This document shows positions 1 through 8,017 of a stretch of DNA of 16,327 nt, one piece after another. Positions within the stretch are counted from its first letter, which is position 1. Every line of letters starts with the position of its first letter. The stretch is from UHGV virus genome UHGV-1577189, one strand, 5' to 3'. The notes beneath the pieces were generated by a model that made no database searches, had not been told where the DNA came from, and saw only the letters and a program-made list of their open reading frames with translations. The translations under genes and the position numbers were made by a program. The stretch comes from a virus.

Positions 1-49
1 ACGAGATTCCTCTACGTCTCGTGGGCTCGGAGATGTGTATAAGAGACAG
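1..49. other. Illumina Nextera/Tn5 adapter read-through at contig start (non-biological)
   Basis: Bases 16-49 read GTCTCGTGGGCTCGGAGATGTGTATAAGAGACAG, preceded by ACGAGAT and an 8-nt index-like TCCTCTAC; this is recognisable library adapter, not genome. Confidence 0.85.
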
Positions 50-104
50 GTCTAATAGGAAACGATGTTTCTTACGTTTTATCGCGTTCTGATGGCTACT
101 GTGT
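50..104. repeat. Terminal overlap copy 1 (identical to 16273..16327); indicates a circular molecule with unit length about 16223 bp
   Basis: 55-nt string GTCTAATAGGAAACGATGTTTCTTACGTTTTATCGCGTTCTGATGGCTACTGTGT occurs at both ends of the window. Confidence 0.85.
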
Positions 105-157
105 GCGTATTTATCGACGTTTATTGATAAGGCTCGCCCCTTCCTCCTGCAAAGCCC

Positions 158-314
158 GGCCGTAGGCCTTATTTCGGCCTTATATAAATTGATTTTGTAT
201 AGTTCGAAACGCGCCGTTTCGAAAAGGATGATCAGGCTGCTCCATGCCTCCGGCAAGTGCCGGAGGAGGTATATTTGAGCGTAGCGACTCGAACCGGCGC
301 GAGCTTTAGCTCGC
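158..314. repeat. Cluster of four perfect GC-rich inverted repeats (hairpins) beyond the origin region
   Basis: GGCC-GTA-GGCC/AGGCC..GGCCT (158-181); TTCGAAACG-CGC-CGTTTCGAA (203-223); CCTCCGGCA-AG-TGCCGGAGG (247-266); GCGAGCT-TT-AGCTCGC (299-314). No ORF covers them. Confidence 0.5.
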
Positions 315-359
315 TGCAAGGGCGAACATATTCACAGGCAAAGCCTGCGTAAGTTAAAT

Positions 360-598
360 AAAGAAAGTTTTAATAAAAGAAAGTAATTTTGCATTTATTT
401 GTTTAGTGCATCTATTATAAAAAACCATTTGCATATACATATCAAAACTGTGGATAACTTTATTATCCGATACCTGTAAAGGCGATATTTTTGCTGTGTT
501 CAGGTTTAGAGAAAATTAATTTAGATTGTTTTTTGAACAGATATTTTATTGCGACGTAGATAATCCTCCGGTAAAACCGGATTCATCATTCAGGTGGG
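360..598. promoter_or_regulatory. Candidate replication origin (oriR-like) downstream of repA
   Basis: Strongly AT-rich stretch immediately 3' of repA with a consensus DnaA box TGTGGATAA (reverse of TTATCCACA) at 449-457; IncFII-type origins lie just downstream of repA. Confidence 0.45.
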
Positions 599-1447
599 TT
601 AATGTTGGAGTGATTTCCAGGTCTTTCTTAGCCTGTTATAACGCTGCTCAACGAGGGAGCGTAAATATGCAAGGTCAGCACCAGGATACATGCCATCAGC
701 AAATTCCTGGCTAACCTCTCTAGTGATTTGATGACGAAGTTCGGCCTCTCCCTTTTCCTGAACAAGACGCGCAGCTCTCTCCGCTGCTTTCTGTTTTGCC
801 TTTATCTCTCTGGCCGTCTTCCTCTGACGCCATACATTCTCCATCTGCTCCTGAATAACAATACGCTTATAATCAGCCTCCGTTATCGCTTTTTTAAGCC
901 GTTCGCTATTCTTCGCATTGAAGTAATTAAGTTTCTGGCTAACCGCACGTCTCCATGCTTGTTCAGTAATACCAACTGTTTCCAGCAGTTGATCACGAAT
1001 CTCGATTTTCGCTGGCCAATACTGTTTATTCACCCGATCCCAGCGACGTTCATAATCAATAAAACCTAACTCTTTCAGTTGCGACAACGCCCTTGTACAG
1101 CGCGTTATAGACTTGTTCCCAGCTTCGGATACGGTAGACAGGCCGCAAAAATCAGCCAACGCCTCAGCACTGGCCAGAACCCGCTTAGAAATGATGTTTA
1201 CATGGTGCAAAATCGCAGCAATCACAGCATTAATCGCCCGACGACGATGCTCGTTTATCCGGCGTTTCCGCTCTGACGGTTGATTAACGTAGAACGCAAC
1301 CTCACACGTAAGATCACGACCATTAATGCGCTGTAAAGCATCAGATAACACCAGCGGCAGCTTGTGCGTATGGTGCTTTGGAGGCTGGAACTCCGGCGAC
1401 AAATTACAAACGTAAGCTGAACGTAGAGACGGCATTGGTCTATCCAT
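599..1447 (-). CDS. repA: Plasmid replication initiator RepA (IncFII RepA1 family)
   Basis: Translation aligns by eye with R100/R1 RepA1, e.g. GLSTVSEAGNKSITRCTRALSQLKELGFIDYERRWD against GLATESAAGKLSITRATRALTFLSELGLITYQTEYD. The ORF extends to 1591, but the ATG at 1447 (MDRPMPSL) gives a RepA1-like length and places the CopA-like element in the leader. Confidence 0.8.
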   Translation of the reverse strand: MDRPMPSLRSAYVCNLSPEFQPPKHHTHKLPLVLSDALQRINGRDLTCEVAFYVNQPSERKRRINEHRRRAINAVIAAILHHVNIISKRVLASAEALADFCGLSTVSEAGNKSITRCTRALSQLKELGFIDYERRWDRVNKQYWPAKIEIRDQLLETVGITEQAWRRAVSQKLNYFNAKNSERLKKAITEADYKRIVIQEQMENVWRQRKTAREIKAKQKAAERAARLVQEKGEAELRHQITREVSQEFADGMYPGADLAYLRSLVEQRYNRLRKTWKSLQH

Positions 1448-1492
1448 ATGTTCGCTCTTGCGTCCACGGAAAACCAACGTATAATGGGAGTA

Positions 1493-1575
1493 GTCGAGGC
1501 GCCCATGGTTAGTTGTTGGTTTTCCTTTCCGTGGATGTCGCAAGAAGCCCGCAGATTTATCTGCGGGCTTTTTGT
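1493..1575 (+). ncRNA. CopA-like antisense RNA candidate (copy-number control), antisense to the repA leader
   Basis: Sigma70-like promoter: -35 TTGCGT (1458-1463), 16-nt spacer, -10 TATAAT (1480-1485). Perfect 10-bp stem AAGCCCGCAG/CTGCGGGCTT (1545-1570) followed by TTTGTTT; position and orientation match IncFII CopA. Confidence 0.45.
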
Positions 1576-1762
1576 TTCCATATCTGGTCACTTTTCAACC
1601 AGACACCCACAATTATAACCACTTTACGTGGTTTTAAGAGAACTCTACCACAACACTTTCGGTCATGCACGAAGTCTCTCACTGATCGAACGATAATCCA
1701 CCAGTAAAAGGATCTAAATTGGATCTCGTTTTGCGAGCATCATACTACTGGCCTAACTCCAG

Positions 1763-2317
1763 TCAATGATTCCCAGCCGGAAACCTGCGGTAAAGCGTGG
1801 ATAAGGTAACATCGAAGATAATCGCTATCCGCTTACGTGAAACACCATTCGCAATAAGCCTTCCGATCTGTTCCCATTGCTCTGGTGCCAGCTTTGAGCG
1901 GCGTCCTCCTATCCTGCCGTTAGCCCTTGCCACCGCCAATCCTGCACGCGTTCTTTCAATCATATTTTCCCGCTCCATCTCTGCGACTGCACTCAGCATC
2001 GTGTAGGCAAAGCGGCCAATTGAAGTGCTAATTTTTATCCCTTCCGTAATCGAAATAAACTCAATGTCGTTTGATAAAAAATGGTTAAGTAAATCAACAA
2101 GATGAATCAGAGAACGCCCCATTCGGTCCAGCTTCCAGACAATAACCGTATCGCCCGGTCGTAACACCTTCAGTAGCTTATCAAGTCCTGGTCGTTTTGA
2201 TTTAGCACCGGATATTTTATCTTCAAAAATCCGGTCACATCCTGAACTCCTGAGCGCCTCCAGTTGTAATTCCAAATTCTGGTCAAAAGTTGACACCCTC
2301 GCATAACCATATTGCAT
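1763..2317 (-). CDS. Serine recombinase, resolvase/invertase family (likely plasmid multimer resolvase)
   Basis: 184 aa; N-terminal YARVSTFDQNLELQLEAL with catalytic-serine context and C-terminal HTH, typical of small serine recombinases. Confidence 0.85.
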   Translation of the reverse strand: MQYGYARVSTFDQNLELQLEALRSSGCDRIFEDKISGAKSKRPGLDKLLKVLRPGDTVIVWKLDRMGRSLIHLVDLLNHFLSNDIEFISITEGIKISTSIGRFAYTMLSAVAEMERENMIERTRAGLAVARANGRIGGRRSKLAPEQWEQIGRLIANGVSRKRIAIIFDVTLSTLYRRFPAGNH

Positions 2318-2339
2318 ACTTTCTAAACCACGATTGTTG

Positions 2340-2576
2340 CTAAAAGCGGGAAAAAATATCGTTCAGACGACACAGAGGCAATTCGCAAAAACCTCCTTTA
2401 TTGCGCAAGTGGTTTTTCCAGCGGTTTTGCGCCGCGCTGGGCTTTTTGCAAAAACCACAATCCATCATCCCGTAATATTTCATCAACCCCATCCGTCGGT
2501 TGCTGAGTCTCACCCACTGCCAGACGCCAGGAGCGTTTCTACGAACTAACAGAATCTTTGCTTTACGGTTTTTCAT
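2340..2576 (-). CDS. Small basic hypothetical protein (78 aa)
   Basis: ATG start with strong RBS AGGGGG 6 nt upstream; K/R-rich. It overlaps an inverted-repeat-rich region upstream of the resolvase, so it is uncertain. Confidence 0.35.
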   Translation of the reverse strand: MKNRKAKILLVRRNAPGVWQWVRLSNRRMGLMKYYGMMDCGFCKKPSAAQNRWKNHLRNKGGFCELPLCRLNDIFSRF

Positions 2577-2850
2577 CGTTTGCCCCCTGCTTTTCTGCCC
2601 TTAACACCATGCGAGAATCATCATCCAGCTCCCAATTGATTTCACCGCATTCTGCCATGACAAGATGCCAAACGAGTTGTGCGGCCTCGTTGGTTACATC
2701 ACGACCGCGATCATTGCCTACACGGCGTTTTGTTCCGTCACCTAAATCGCGCATTTTGGCCAACACGATGGTTTTTGATAGCGGTGAAAAACCAAGCTGT
2801 AGCCGTGCGGAATTACTCACTGGTTGCCCCCTGAATACGTTTAAACTCAA
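2563..2850 (-). CDS. Possible small hypothetical ORF, start uncertain (TTG at 2850 or ATG at 2754)
   Basis: Protein-like composition on the same strand as the flanking operon, but no clear start codon or RBS. Confidence 0.2.
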   Translation of the reverse strand: MSLNVFRGQPVSNSARLQLGFSPLSKTIVLAKMRDLGDGTKRRVGNDRGRDVTNEAAQLVWHLVMAECGEINWELDDDSRMVLRAEKQGANDEKP

Positions 2851-3505
2851 TTACCCATACCCACGGGTTAGATAGCCAGTTCTCTTGCCCGTAAATACCG
2901 CGCCAGATATCACCAAAGCCAACGCGATAAACAGCTTCCGGCGGTGTAATCTTGTACGTCGCCGGAGATGCGCCTTCCGCTTTAGCATCTGCCTCGCTCA
3001 TGTCATGCAGCCGTTCCACACGCACGTCGGTAATTTCCAGCAAAATACGCGAAGCCCAGCGCGGCATGTGAATTGATGGACGCCACCCGCCATCAAACTT
3101 TTCATTCACAGTGTGAGGTTTCCAGTCGGCATCATCGGGTATCGACCATAAGCCGTAATCACCCGGCTTTTGCTCACAACTGGCCCGATAAATCCTTGCT
3201 GCGTTCTTCTCATCGCCACGACAAAGGTTGTCGTTCCAGTCCACACTGCAACCATCCTCATTGCCTAATATCGCCCACGCCTCACGGACCCATATGCGAT
3301 CACCAACGTTACCGAACGGGCATAAACCATGTTCAGGTGCATCCATAACGTGGGTATAGACACCATTGCGTTTCTTTGTCGGTTTACGGATAACCAGGCA
3401 GTTATCGGCCCTGACATTTTTTACAGGTCGGCGAGTCTGCGTCTTCCTTCCTTCGAGGATGGCCCTAACCATATCGTCATTAAAAACAACACCACGTTCT
3501 TTCAT
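2813..3505 (-). CDS. Phage-associated hypothetical protein, possibly ASCH-like fold
   Basis: 230 aa; ATG with RBS AAGGTGG; N-terminal MVRAILEGRKTQTRR resembles the GxKxxExR-type ASCH signature from memory. Last gene of a four-gene overlapping operon. Confidence 0.55.
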   Translation of the reverse strand: MKERGVVFNDDMVRAILEGRKTQTRRPVKNVRADNCLVIRKPTKKRNGVYTHVMDAPEHGLCPFGNVGDRIWVREAWAILGNEDGCSVDWNDNLCRGDEKNAARIYRASCEQKPGDYGLWSIPDDADWKPHTVNEKFDGGWRPSIHMPRWASRILLEITDVRVERLHDMSEADAKAEGASPATYKITPPEAVYRVGFGDIWRGIYGQENWLSNPWVWVIEFKRIQGATSE

Positions 3506-3660
3506 TTAGAAGCCACCTTGTTCAATTTCCGGCGACAAGACACGCAATCATCAGGACTCTCAAAAGTGTCTGGCTCACGGTAATCACCAAAATACATCCA
3601 ACGGCCGCAAATGCTGGTTACTTCACCTTCATTAAAATAATGATGTTTATTCGCCTTCAT
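3502..3660 (-). CDS. Small Cys-containing protein (zinc-ribbon-like CxxC near C-terminus)
   Basis: Stop overlaps the next start (ATGA); CVSCRR motif. The ORF could extend to 3756, but that would overlap the upstream gene by about 66 nt. Confidence 0.35.
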   Translation of the reverse strand: MKANKHHYFNEGEVTSICGRWMYFGDYREPDTFESPDDCVSCRRKLNKVASK

Positions 3661-3689
3661 TGGCCTGACCCATCCGGCATTTTTCTTGC

Positions 3690-4055
3690 TCACTTCAACT
3701 CCTCCCGACGACGTTCCTGAAGCTCTAGCATTGCGGCTCGGAAATCCTGCCACCATTCCTCATCTGCAACGGGGGTGTTCCGCTCCAGCACCTTGTCCGC
3801 ATCGGCGATCAGGTTTGCCAGACTCTTGTCTGAAATCTTCGTTACCGGAGTCGTTGGTTGCTCAACCTGCCCGATAGGTTTTATCGTGCTCAAAAGGAGG
3901 CGACGGCGGGAAAGTGGTGCCCCACAACGACGGCCATCTTCCTTGCGATATGTTTCTTTCGGACCAACACACCAGGTTGTCGGCGTTTCGCGCAACTTCA
4001 CTCTTTTCTCACCATCATTGGTAATGATTATTCCGGTATGGGTTTTGATGCTCAT
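3690..4055 (-). CDS. Hypothetical protein (121 aa)
   Basis: ATGA-coupled to the upstream gene at 4052-4055; charged C-terminal helix-like segment; no family recognised. Confidence 0.5.
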   Translation of the reverse strand: MSIKTHTGIIITNDGEKRVKLRETPTTWCVGPKETYRKEDGRRCGAPLSRRRLLLSTIKPIGQVEQPTTPVTKISDKSLANLIADADKVLERNTPVADEEWWQDFRAAMLELQERRREELK

Positions 4056-4333
4056 GCCACAGCCCCTCTCAACGGCTTAACTTTGGCTAATAAGGTGTTA
4101 AACAACATGGAGTTAGGATTCATGCCAAATGGCAATTCCGGTTTAGCGGAGTAGTACAGGCAACCATTTATTTTCCTGGTTGTTATCTGTCCTTCGGCAA
4201 CCATGCTTCTCAGTCTGCAACGCATAGAGTTCTGCGACACACCAATGTGCTCCGCGATTACGTCCACTTTTGAACATGGGTGATCGGTCAGGAAATTAAT
4301 CACATCTTGGGGGTTAATAATTTTGCGTTTCAT
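4052..4333 (-). CDS. Putative winged-helix DNA-binding protein (about 93 aa)
   Basis: ATG at 4333 with RBS AAGGA about 10 nt upstream (the ATG at 4354 has none); first gene after an AT-rich promoter motif. Confidence 0.5.
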   Translation of the reverse strand: MKRKIINPQDVINFLTDHPCSKVDVIAEHIGVSQNSMRCRLRSMVAEGQITTRKINGCLYYSAKPELPFGMNPNSMLFNTLLAKVKPLRGAVA

Positions 4334-4380
4334 TGTCGAGGCGTCCTTATACATTTATATAAATATATAATTCTATATAC

Positions 4381-4398
4381 GGCGGGAGATATCCCGCC
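4381..4398 (-). terminator. GC hairpin downstream of the 4411..5478 gene, candidate terminator
   Basis: 7-bp stem GGCGGGA/TCCCGCC with 4-nt loop, followed on the minus strand by an AU-rich tract. Confidence 0.4.
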
Positions 4399-4410
4399 GT
4401 AGGCTTACTG

Positions 4411-5478
4411 TCAGGCTTTCAATAGCGATTCTTTCAGATATCGGGCATCAGCCAGGGCGTTTGGAGTAATCTTGCGAACCCATGCATTACGGGTTGGACT
4501 CCACTTAAAGGCGCGTGATTTAAGCAGCGAACGAATGTTTGCCTCTGGTTTGCCAGGGAAATAAAACAGGATGCGGTTATCCTCTGGATCTATCTCCATA
4601 GAAAAGCCGTCGTATTCTTCGCGCTGTGCTCCTGTTACAGACTTGACCGATTCAAGCTCCTTAATACGGCTCTGTAGTCGTTTGATTTCGGCCTTATTGT
4701 TGCTCAGTGCGTATGAAGGGAATCCGATGTGCCCACAGAAATCTCCGGCCAGTAACTCTTTGGCTTCGCTTTCTGTAAACCTGAGATCGATTAATGCAGA
4801 AAGCTGCTGTAATTGGTCTTTTTTGTATTTGCGAATGGCCTTATTTGCTGCCTTCATTTTGACGTGTGACTTCATGCAGCCTTGCAGCTTACGAAGCAAC
4901 TTAAATAGCGCATCAGGATCATCAGACGAAATTCCATTACGACCAACACCTGCGGCTTTGCTCTCGTAGTGTGATGCTTTACTTTCGCATTCAACAAACG
5001 CTTTTCTGAATAACGCATCAGCTTTAGACAAACGGCGGCGATGGCCTTTCGCGCTATAATGGTCAACTAAAATCGGCTGGCCTAACGGGATCACATCCAA
5101 CAGGTCATGCGCTCGCTTATGCGCTACCGCACCTTCTTTTCTGGCTTTTTCTGCACGAGCAATATATCGGGCAAGACGCGCGTTCTGGCGTTCCTGATAG
5201 GTGTTTACGTAATCATCTCCGCGCTGCTGCTGTTCAAGCCATGCTTTGCGCAGATCTTCTGTTACGTCCACCAGCTCCGCAGGGATACAACCAGTTTGGG
5301 CTTCATAAGAGTAACCATCCTCATAGATACGCCCATCGTCTTCAACAAAGAAAAAGGTTTCGTGCTCATCGCTTTTGACCATACGACCATTAACATGGCG
5401 TAATAGGTAGCCAGTATCAGTGCTTAACAGGCTGTTAGGGTTGTTGATCCAGTCAGAAATAATTACTTGTTTATTCAT
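4411..5478 (-). CDS. DUF3560-like domain protein (355 aa), function unknown
   Basis: ATG with RBS GGAGAAA; C-terminal half (GQPILVDHYSAKGHRRR, ISSDDPDALFKLLRKL, FKWSPTRNAWVRK) matches my memory of the DUF3560 family. Confidence 0.7.
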   Translation of the reverse strand: MNKQVIISDWINNPNSLLSTDTGYLLRHVNGRMVKSDEHETFFFVEDDGRIYEDGYSYEAQTGCIPAELVDVTEDLRKAWLEQQQRGDDYVNTYQERQNARLARYIARAEKARKEGAVAHKRAHDLLDVIPLGQPILVDHYSAKGHRRRLSKADALFRKAFVECESKASHYESKAAGVGRNGISSDDPDALFKLLRKLQGCMKSHVKMKAANKAIRKYKKDQLQQLSALIDLRFTESEAKELLAGDFCGHIGFPSYALSNNKAEIKRLQSRIKELESVKSVTGAQREEYDGFSMEIDPEDNRILFYFPGKPEANIRSLLKSRAFKWSPTRNAWVRKITPNALADARYLKESLLKA

Positions 5479-5484
5479 CAGATT

Positions 5485-5580
5485 TCTCCGGTTTAACCAG
5501 GGCGGGTATCGCTCGGTTTCGGGTATAACCTTAGGAAATTTTTTCCCACCTGTAAAGCACTTTTTATATAAATCTATAAT
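5485..5580. repeat. 96-bp promoter/leader module, copy 1 (3 mismatches to 14556..14651)
   Basis: Direct comparison of the two segments; lies immediately upstream of the start codon at 5478. Confidence 0.85.
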
Positions 5581-5647
5581 TATATATTTATAGATTTTCG
5601 ATGTTCCCGATGTCTACACACCATCAAAACAGCTCAAAATGACACTT

Positions 5648-6025
5648 TCACTCTCTTCGCTTTTTCAAATAGTCGACAACATACGCCCTGGCTTTTGCCA
5701 GCTTCCGGCGATACTGTCTGAGACTAAGAGAAAGGGCGTGGGCTTTATCAATATGCGGTGCATTTATGTCGAGGCCCCGAATCTCCCACGCCCCGTATTC
5801 AATTCGGACAACCAGCGCCGCAGTCTCATCAACTACCGTGAGGGCCGTCACAGCTCCCTCGATACTGGTTTCCAGTGAGTCATTTGGTGCGCCGCCCCCT
5901 CCGGTAAACTGGCAACGCGTAACCATCATCATTTCTAACATCGACGCGAAACCGCTACGGGCGTTGCAGCCATTGCGCACCCACAGCGCCCATAGCTCAA
6001 ACAAGCTATCCAGATCGCGTCTCAC
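5648..6025 (-). CDS. Putative antitermination protein Q-like (125 aa); identity uncertain
   Basis: GTG start with RBS GGGAG; N-terminal LFELWALW resembles the LExWGxW start of small Q proteins from memory. It is the last gene of the nin-like operon and sits directly upstream of a promoter/leader module, which is the Q position in lambdoid phages. Confidence 0.4.
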   Translation of the reverse strand: MRRDLDSLFELWALWVRNGCNARSGFASMLEMMMVTRCQFTGGGGAPNDSLETSIEGAVTALTVVDETAALVVRIEYGAWEIRGLDINAPHIDKAHALSLSLRQYRRKLAKARAYVVDYLKKRRE

Positions 6026-6028
6026 TGT

Positions 6029-6361
6029 TCAGATCTCCCGTATCGTGACGGGATAAAGCGCCTCTACCTGCTTTTTCTTCATGATGTAGACGTCTGTTCG
6101 CACACCTTTAGTGTCGACACAATCAATCGTCCCATCGTCATAAAACACCATGAAATCAAGTTTATAAACGACACCACCAGGCAGATGAAAAGGCACCTGC
6201 ATAAGAAACGTCACAACGCGGCCAGCTTTTCTCAGTAACTTCAGTTCGCAGTAGTAATCAGCCTCTTTTTTGCTATCAAAAGCGATATCATCGACAACCG
6301 TTTTTTTATTGCCGTATTTGCTTTTCCTGGTCGCTGGTTTGCGAAAGCCGGTATATCTCAT
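6029..6361 (-). CDS. DUF1064 phage protein (110 aa)
   Basis: KYGNKKT...FDSKKEADYY and C-terminal YP match the DUF1064 signature common in lambdoid nin regions; ATGA overlap with the upstream gene. Confidence 0.7.
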   Translation of the reverse strand: MRYTGFRKPATRKSKYGNKKTVVDDIAFDSKKEADYYCELKLLRKAGRVVTFLMQVPFHLPGGVVYKLDFMVFYDDGTIDCVDTKGVRTDVYIMKKKQVEALYPVTIREI

Positions 6362-6762
6362 TTGGTATCCCCTGGTACTTCACCAAGACTAAGATCAAAC
6401 CCAATTTCGTCTTTAACTGACTGCGGCAACAGCTCCCACGTCTGCGCACACAAAAATTCATCGGTGCCATAACGCTCAACAAAGCGAGCACAATTACTCA
6501 GGGGAGGGTGACGAACGGCGATATGCGGAGGCACGCGCCCACCACCAGGCACAACACCGCGATGATGTGGTGCGCACAATCCAAAGCTATGAAAGTGGCA
6601 ATTCTCATCAACGCTGCCGTAATCAGGATCGTGATGTAGCTCCGTCCACAGCTCTGGATTCTCAATTTCACGGCCATCAATAATGCAAGCTATGCAACCC
6701 ACGTGAGTGAGCACCGCTTGTATATAAAGTTTCTCTTTCTTCGTTGGTGTACGTCCGTTCAT
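6358..6762 (-). CDS. Cys/His-rich nin-region protein, possibly HNH/zinc-finger nuclease-like
   Basis: CIACxx...WTELHH...NCHFHSFGLCAPHH spacing resembles HNH-like metal-binding motifs; start and stop overlap neighbours. Confidence 0.55.
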   Translation of the reverse strand: MNGRTPTKKEKLYIQAVLTHVGCIACIIDGREIENPELWTELHHDPDYGSVDENCHFHSFGLCAPHHRGVVPGGGRVPPHIAVRHPPLSNCARFVERYGTDEFLCAQTWELLPQSVKDEIGFDLSLGEVPGDTK

Positions 6763-6995
6763 CAGCGCCCCTTACCATTGATAAAGAGGTTGAACTCGTT
6801 GATTAACTGGACATACATGCTTCTGGCCGCGTAGTTCTTTGCCAGCTCTTTACGGGATGAGATCCCGCAAAACTCACGCAGAATCACAGAGGCCTCAGAA
6901 CTGTTTGAAACGTTCTTCCCTGTTTTACTGGTCAGAAAGCGCCAGAATTGGGGATTCTGGCAATGCATCGCAGCACCGCGAACATAACTACTCAT
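6762..6995 (-). CDS. Hypothetical small phage-like protein (77 aa)
   Basis: Translationally coupled (overlapping start/stop codons) inside the operon. Confidence 0.5.
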   Translation of the reverse strand: MSSYVRGAAMHCQNPQFWRFLTSKTGKNVSNSSEASVILREFCGISSRKELAKNYAARSMYVQLINEFNLFINGKGR

Positions 6996-7507
6996 TGATG
7001 GCCCCCGTCATTTCTGGTGCTTTTCACCGTGCGGCTTCTTAAAAACCTGCCATCACGAACAACAGACACTTCTCGTTTACCCAACCTCATTTCACGGCGG
7101 TAACATTCAGAAAATGCCTCGTCCGGCATCATATAAATGCGACGCTTCGCCTCCGTATCCAGAAGGGAACGGCTTGGGGTTACATATAAAAACGACTCAT
7201 CAATAGGGACAAAACCACGAGCAAGAATTGCTGGCAGAATGCCAGGAAGAACGCAGAAAACAGCTCCACGATGCAGCAACATCTGGTACTCCATGACCTC
7301 CGTTATCCCCGTGACTACTGTTACGGTGTCACGTCTGTTACGGCTGGCAACCAGTCGCTGCACACGTCCAATTTTCTGATCTACAGATAGATGTTTGCTA
7401 TCGTTATCAATATGATCGATAACAAATCCTTTAATCGTTTGATCAAGGTAGTGCACCACCTGCGATTGAATCTGGTGATTATCACCAAAGAAGGCCAGAA
7501 TCATCAT
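6992..7507 (-). CDS. Hypothetical protein (171 aa)
   Basis: ATGA-coupled to the Cro-like gene; occupies the position where lambdoid phages carry cII/O/P; no family recognised. Confidence 0.5.
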   Translation of the reverse strand: MMILAFFGDNHQIQSQVVHYLDQTIKGFVIDHIDNDSKHLSVDQKIGRVQRLVASRNRRDTVTVVTGITEVMEYQMLLHRGAVFCVLPGILPAILARGFVPIDESFLYVTPSRSLLDTEAKRRIYMMPDEAFSECYRREMRLGKREVSVVRDGRFLRSRTVKSTRNDGGHQ

Positions 7508-7998
7508 TCCTCAAGCCTCCCAAGTGCTGAACGCCGGGCGTTGCTAATCTCCTTATGAATCAGCTCGATATCGCTGGAATCTTTATTCTTAAGCTCCAGC
7601 ACGGTAATCGCATCACGAACCTCTGAAACGGTTACGTGTGAGTGTTTCCAGCGAGCAATGAATCGCGGACCGCGTAGATTGCAACGCTCCGCAGGCATCC
7701 CCAGCTCAGAGAAAACCGCTTTCAGCCTTGATAAGCAGTTAACAGGGAGATTCCCTTTGATCTTGTTCTGCCGAACCGATGTGCCATCGCTACGCTGGCG
7801 CTGACGTTCGGCAAAATCTGCCGCCCATTGCTGGACGTTAATCCGGCCTTCCGAATACGCCACCAGCAGCGTCAGGTTATCCGCACGAGGGAATCTCTCG
7901 AAGCGATACCAGGCACCAATCAGTGATGACGTAAAGCCAAACTTTCTGGCAACACCAATTTGGCCTCCATTTTCGTCAACCCACTCCTGAAAGGTCAT
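7504..7998 (-). CDS. Cro-like/YdaS-type HTH protein with C-terminal extension (164 aa)
   Basis: ATG with RBS GGAG; N-terminal WVDENGGQIGVARKFGFTSSLIGAW is a YdaS/Cro-like HTH; divergent from the repressor across the operator cluster. Confidence 0.6.
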   Translation of the reverse strand: MTFQEWVDENGGQIGVARKFGFTSSLIGAWYRFERFPRADNLTLLVAYSEGRINVQQWAADFAERQRQRSDGTSVRQNKIKGNLPVNCLSRLKAVFSELGMPAERCNLRGPRFIARWKHSHVTVSEVRDAITVLELKNKDSSDIELIHKEISNARRSALGRLEE

Positions 7999-8017
7999 TT
8001 AACGAACTCCAGTTAAA

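Noticed and set aside
1255-1581. Minus-strand 108-aa ORF overlapping repA in another frame
   Set aside because: Alternative frame inside the RepA region with no independent support.
2320-2470. res site for the serine resolvase
   Set aside because: Several imperfect inverted repeats (e.g. TTTTGCAAAA) lie upstream of the resolvase start, but subsites could not be defined by eye and the region overlaps a possible small ORF.
2558-2875. Plus-strand 105-aa ORF
   Set aside because: Ser/Pro-rich, low-complexity translation antisense to the operon strand; the minus-strand reading is more protein-like.
4571-4969. Plus-strand 132-aa ORF
   Set aside because: Lies entirely antisense within the DUF3560-like gene, which has recognisable motifs; the same applies to 728-1069, 1079-1276, 3073-3348 and 5766-6056 opposite better genes.
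5485-5520. Resemblance of the duplicated leader (CCGGTTTAA) to the lambda cos region
   Set aside because: The match is only about 9 nt, which is too short to carry meaning.
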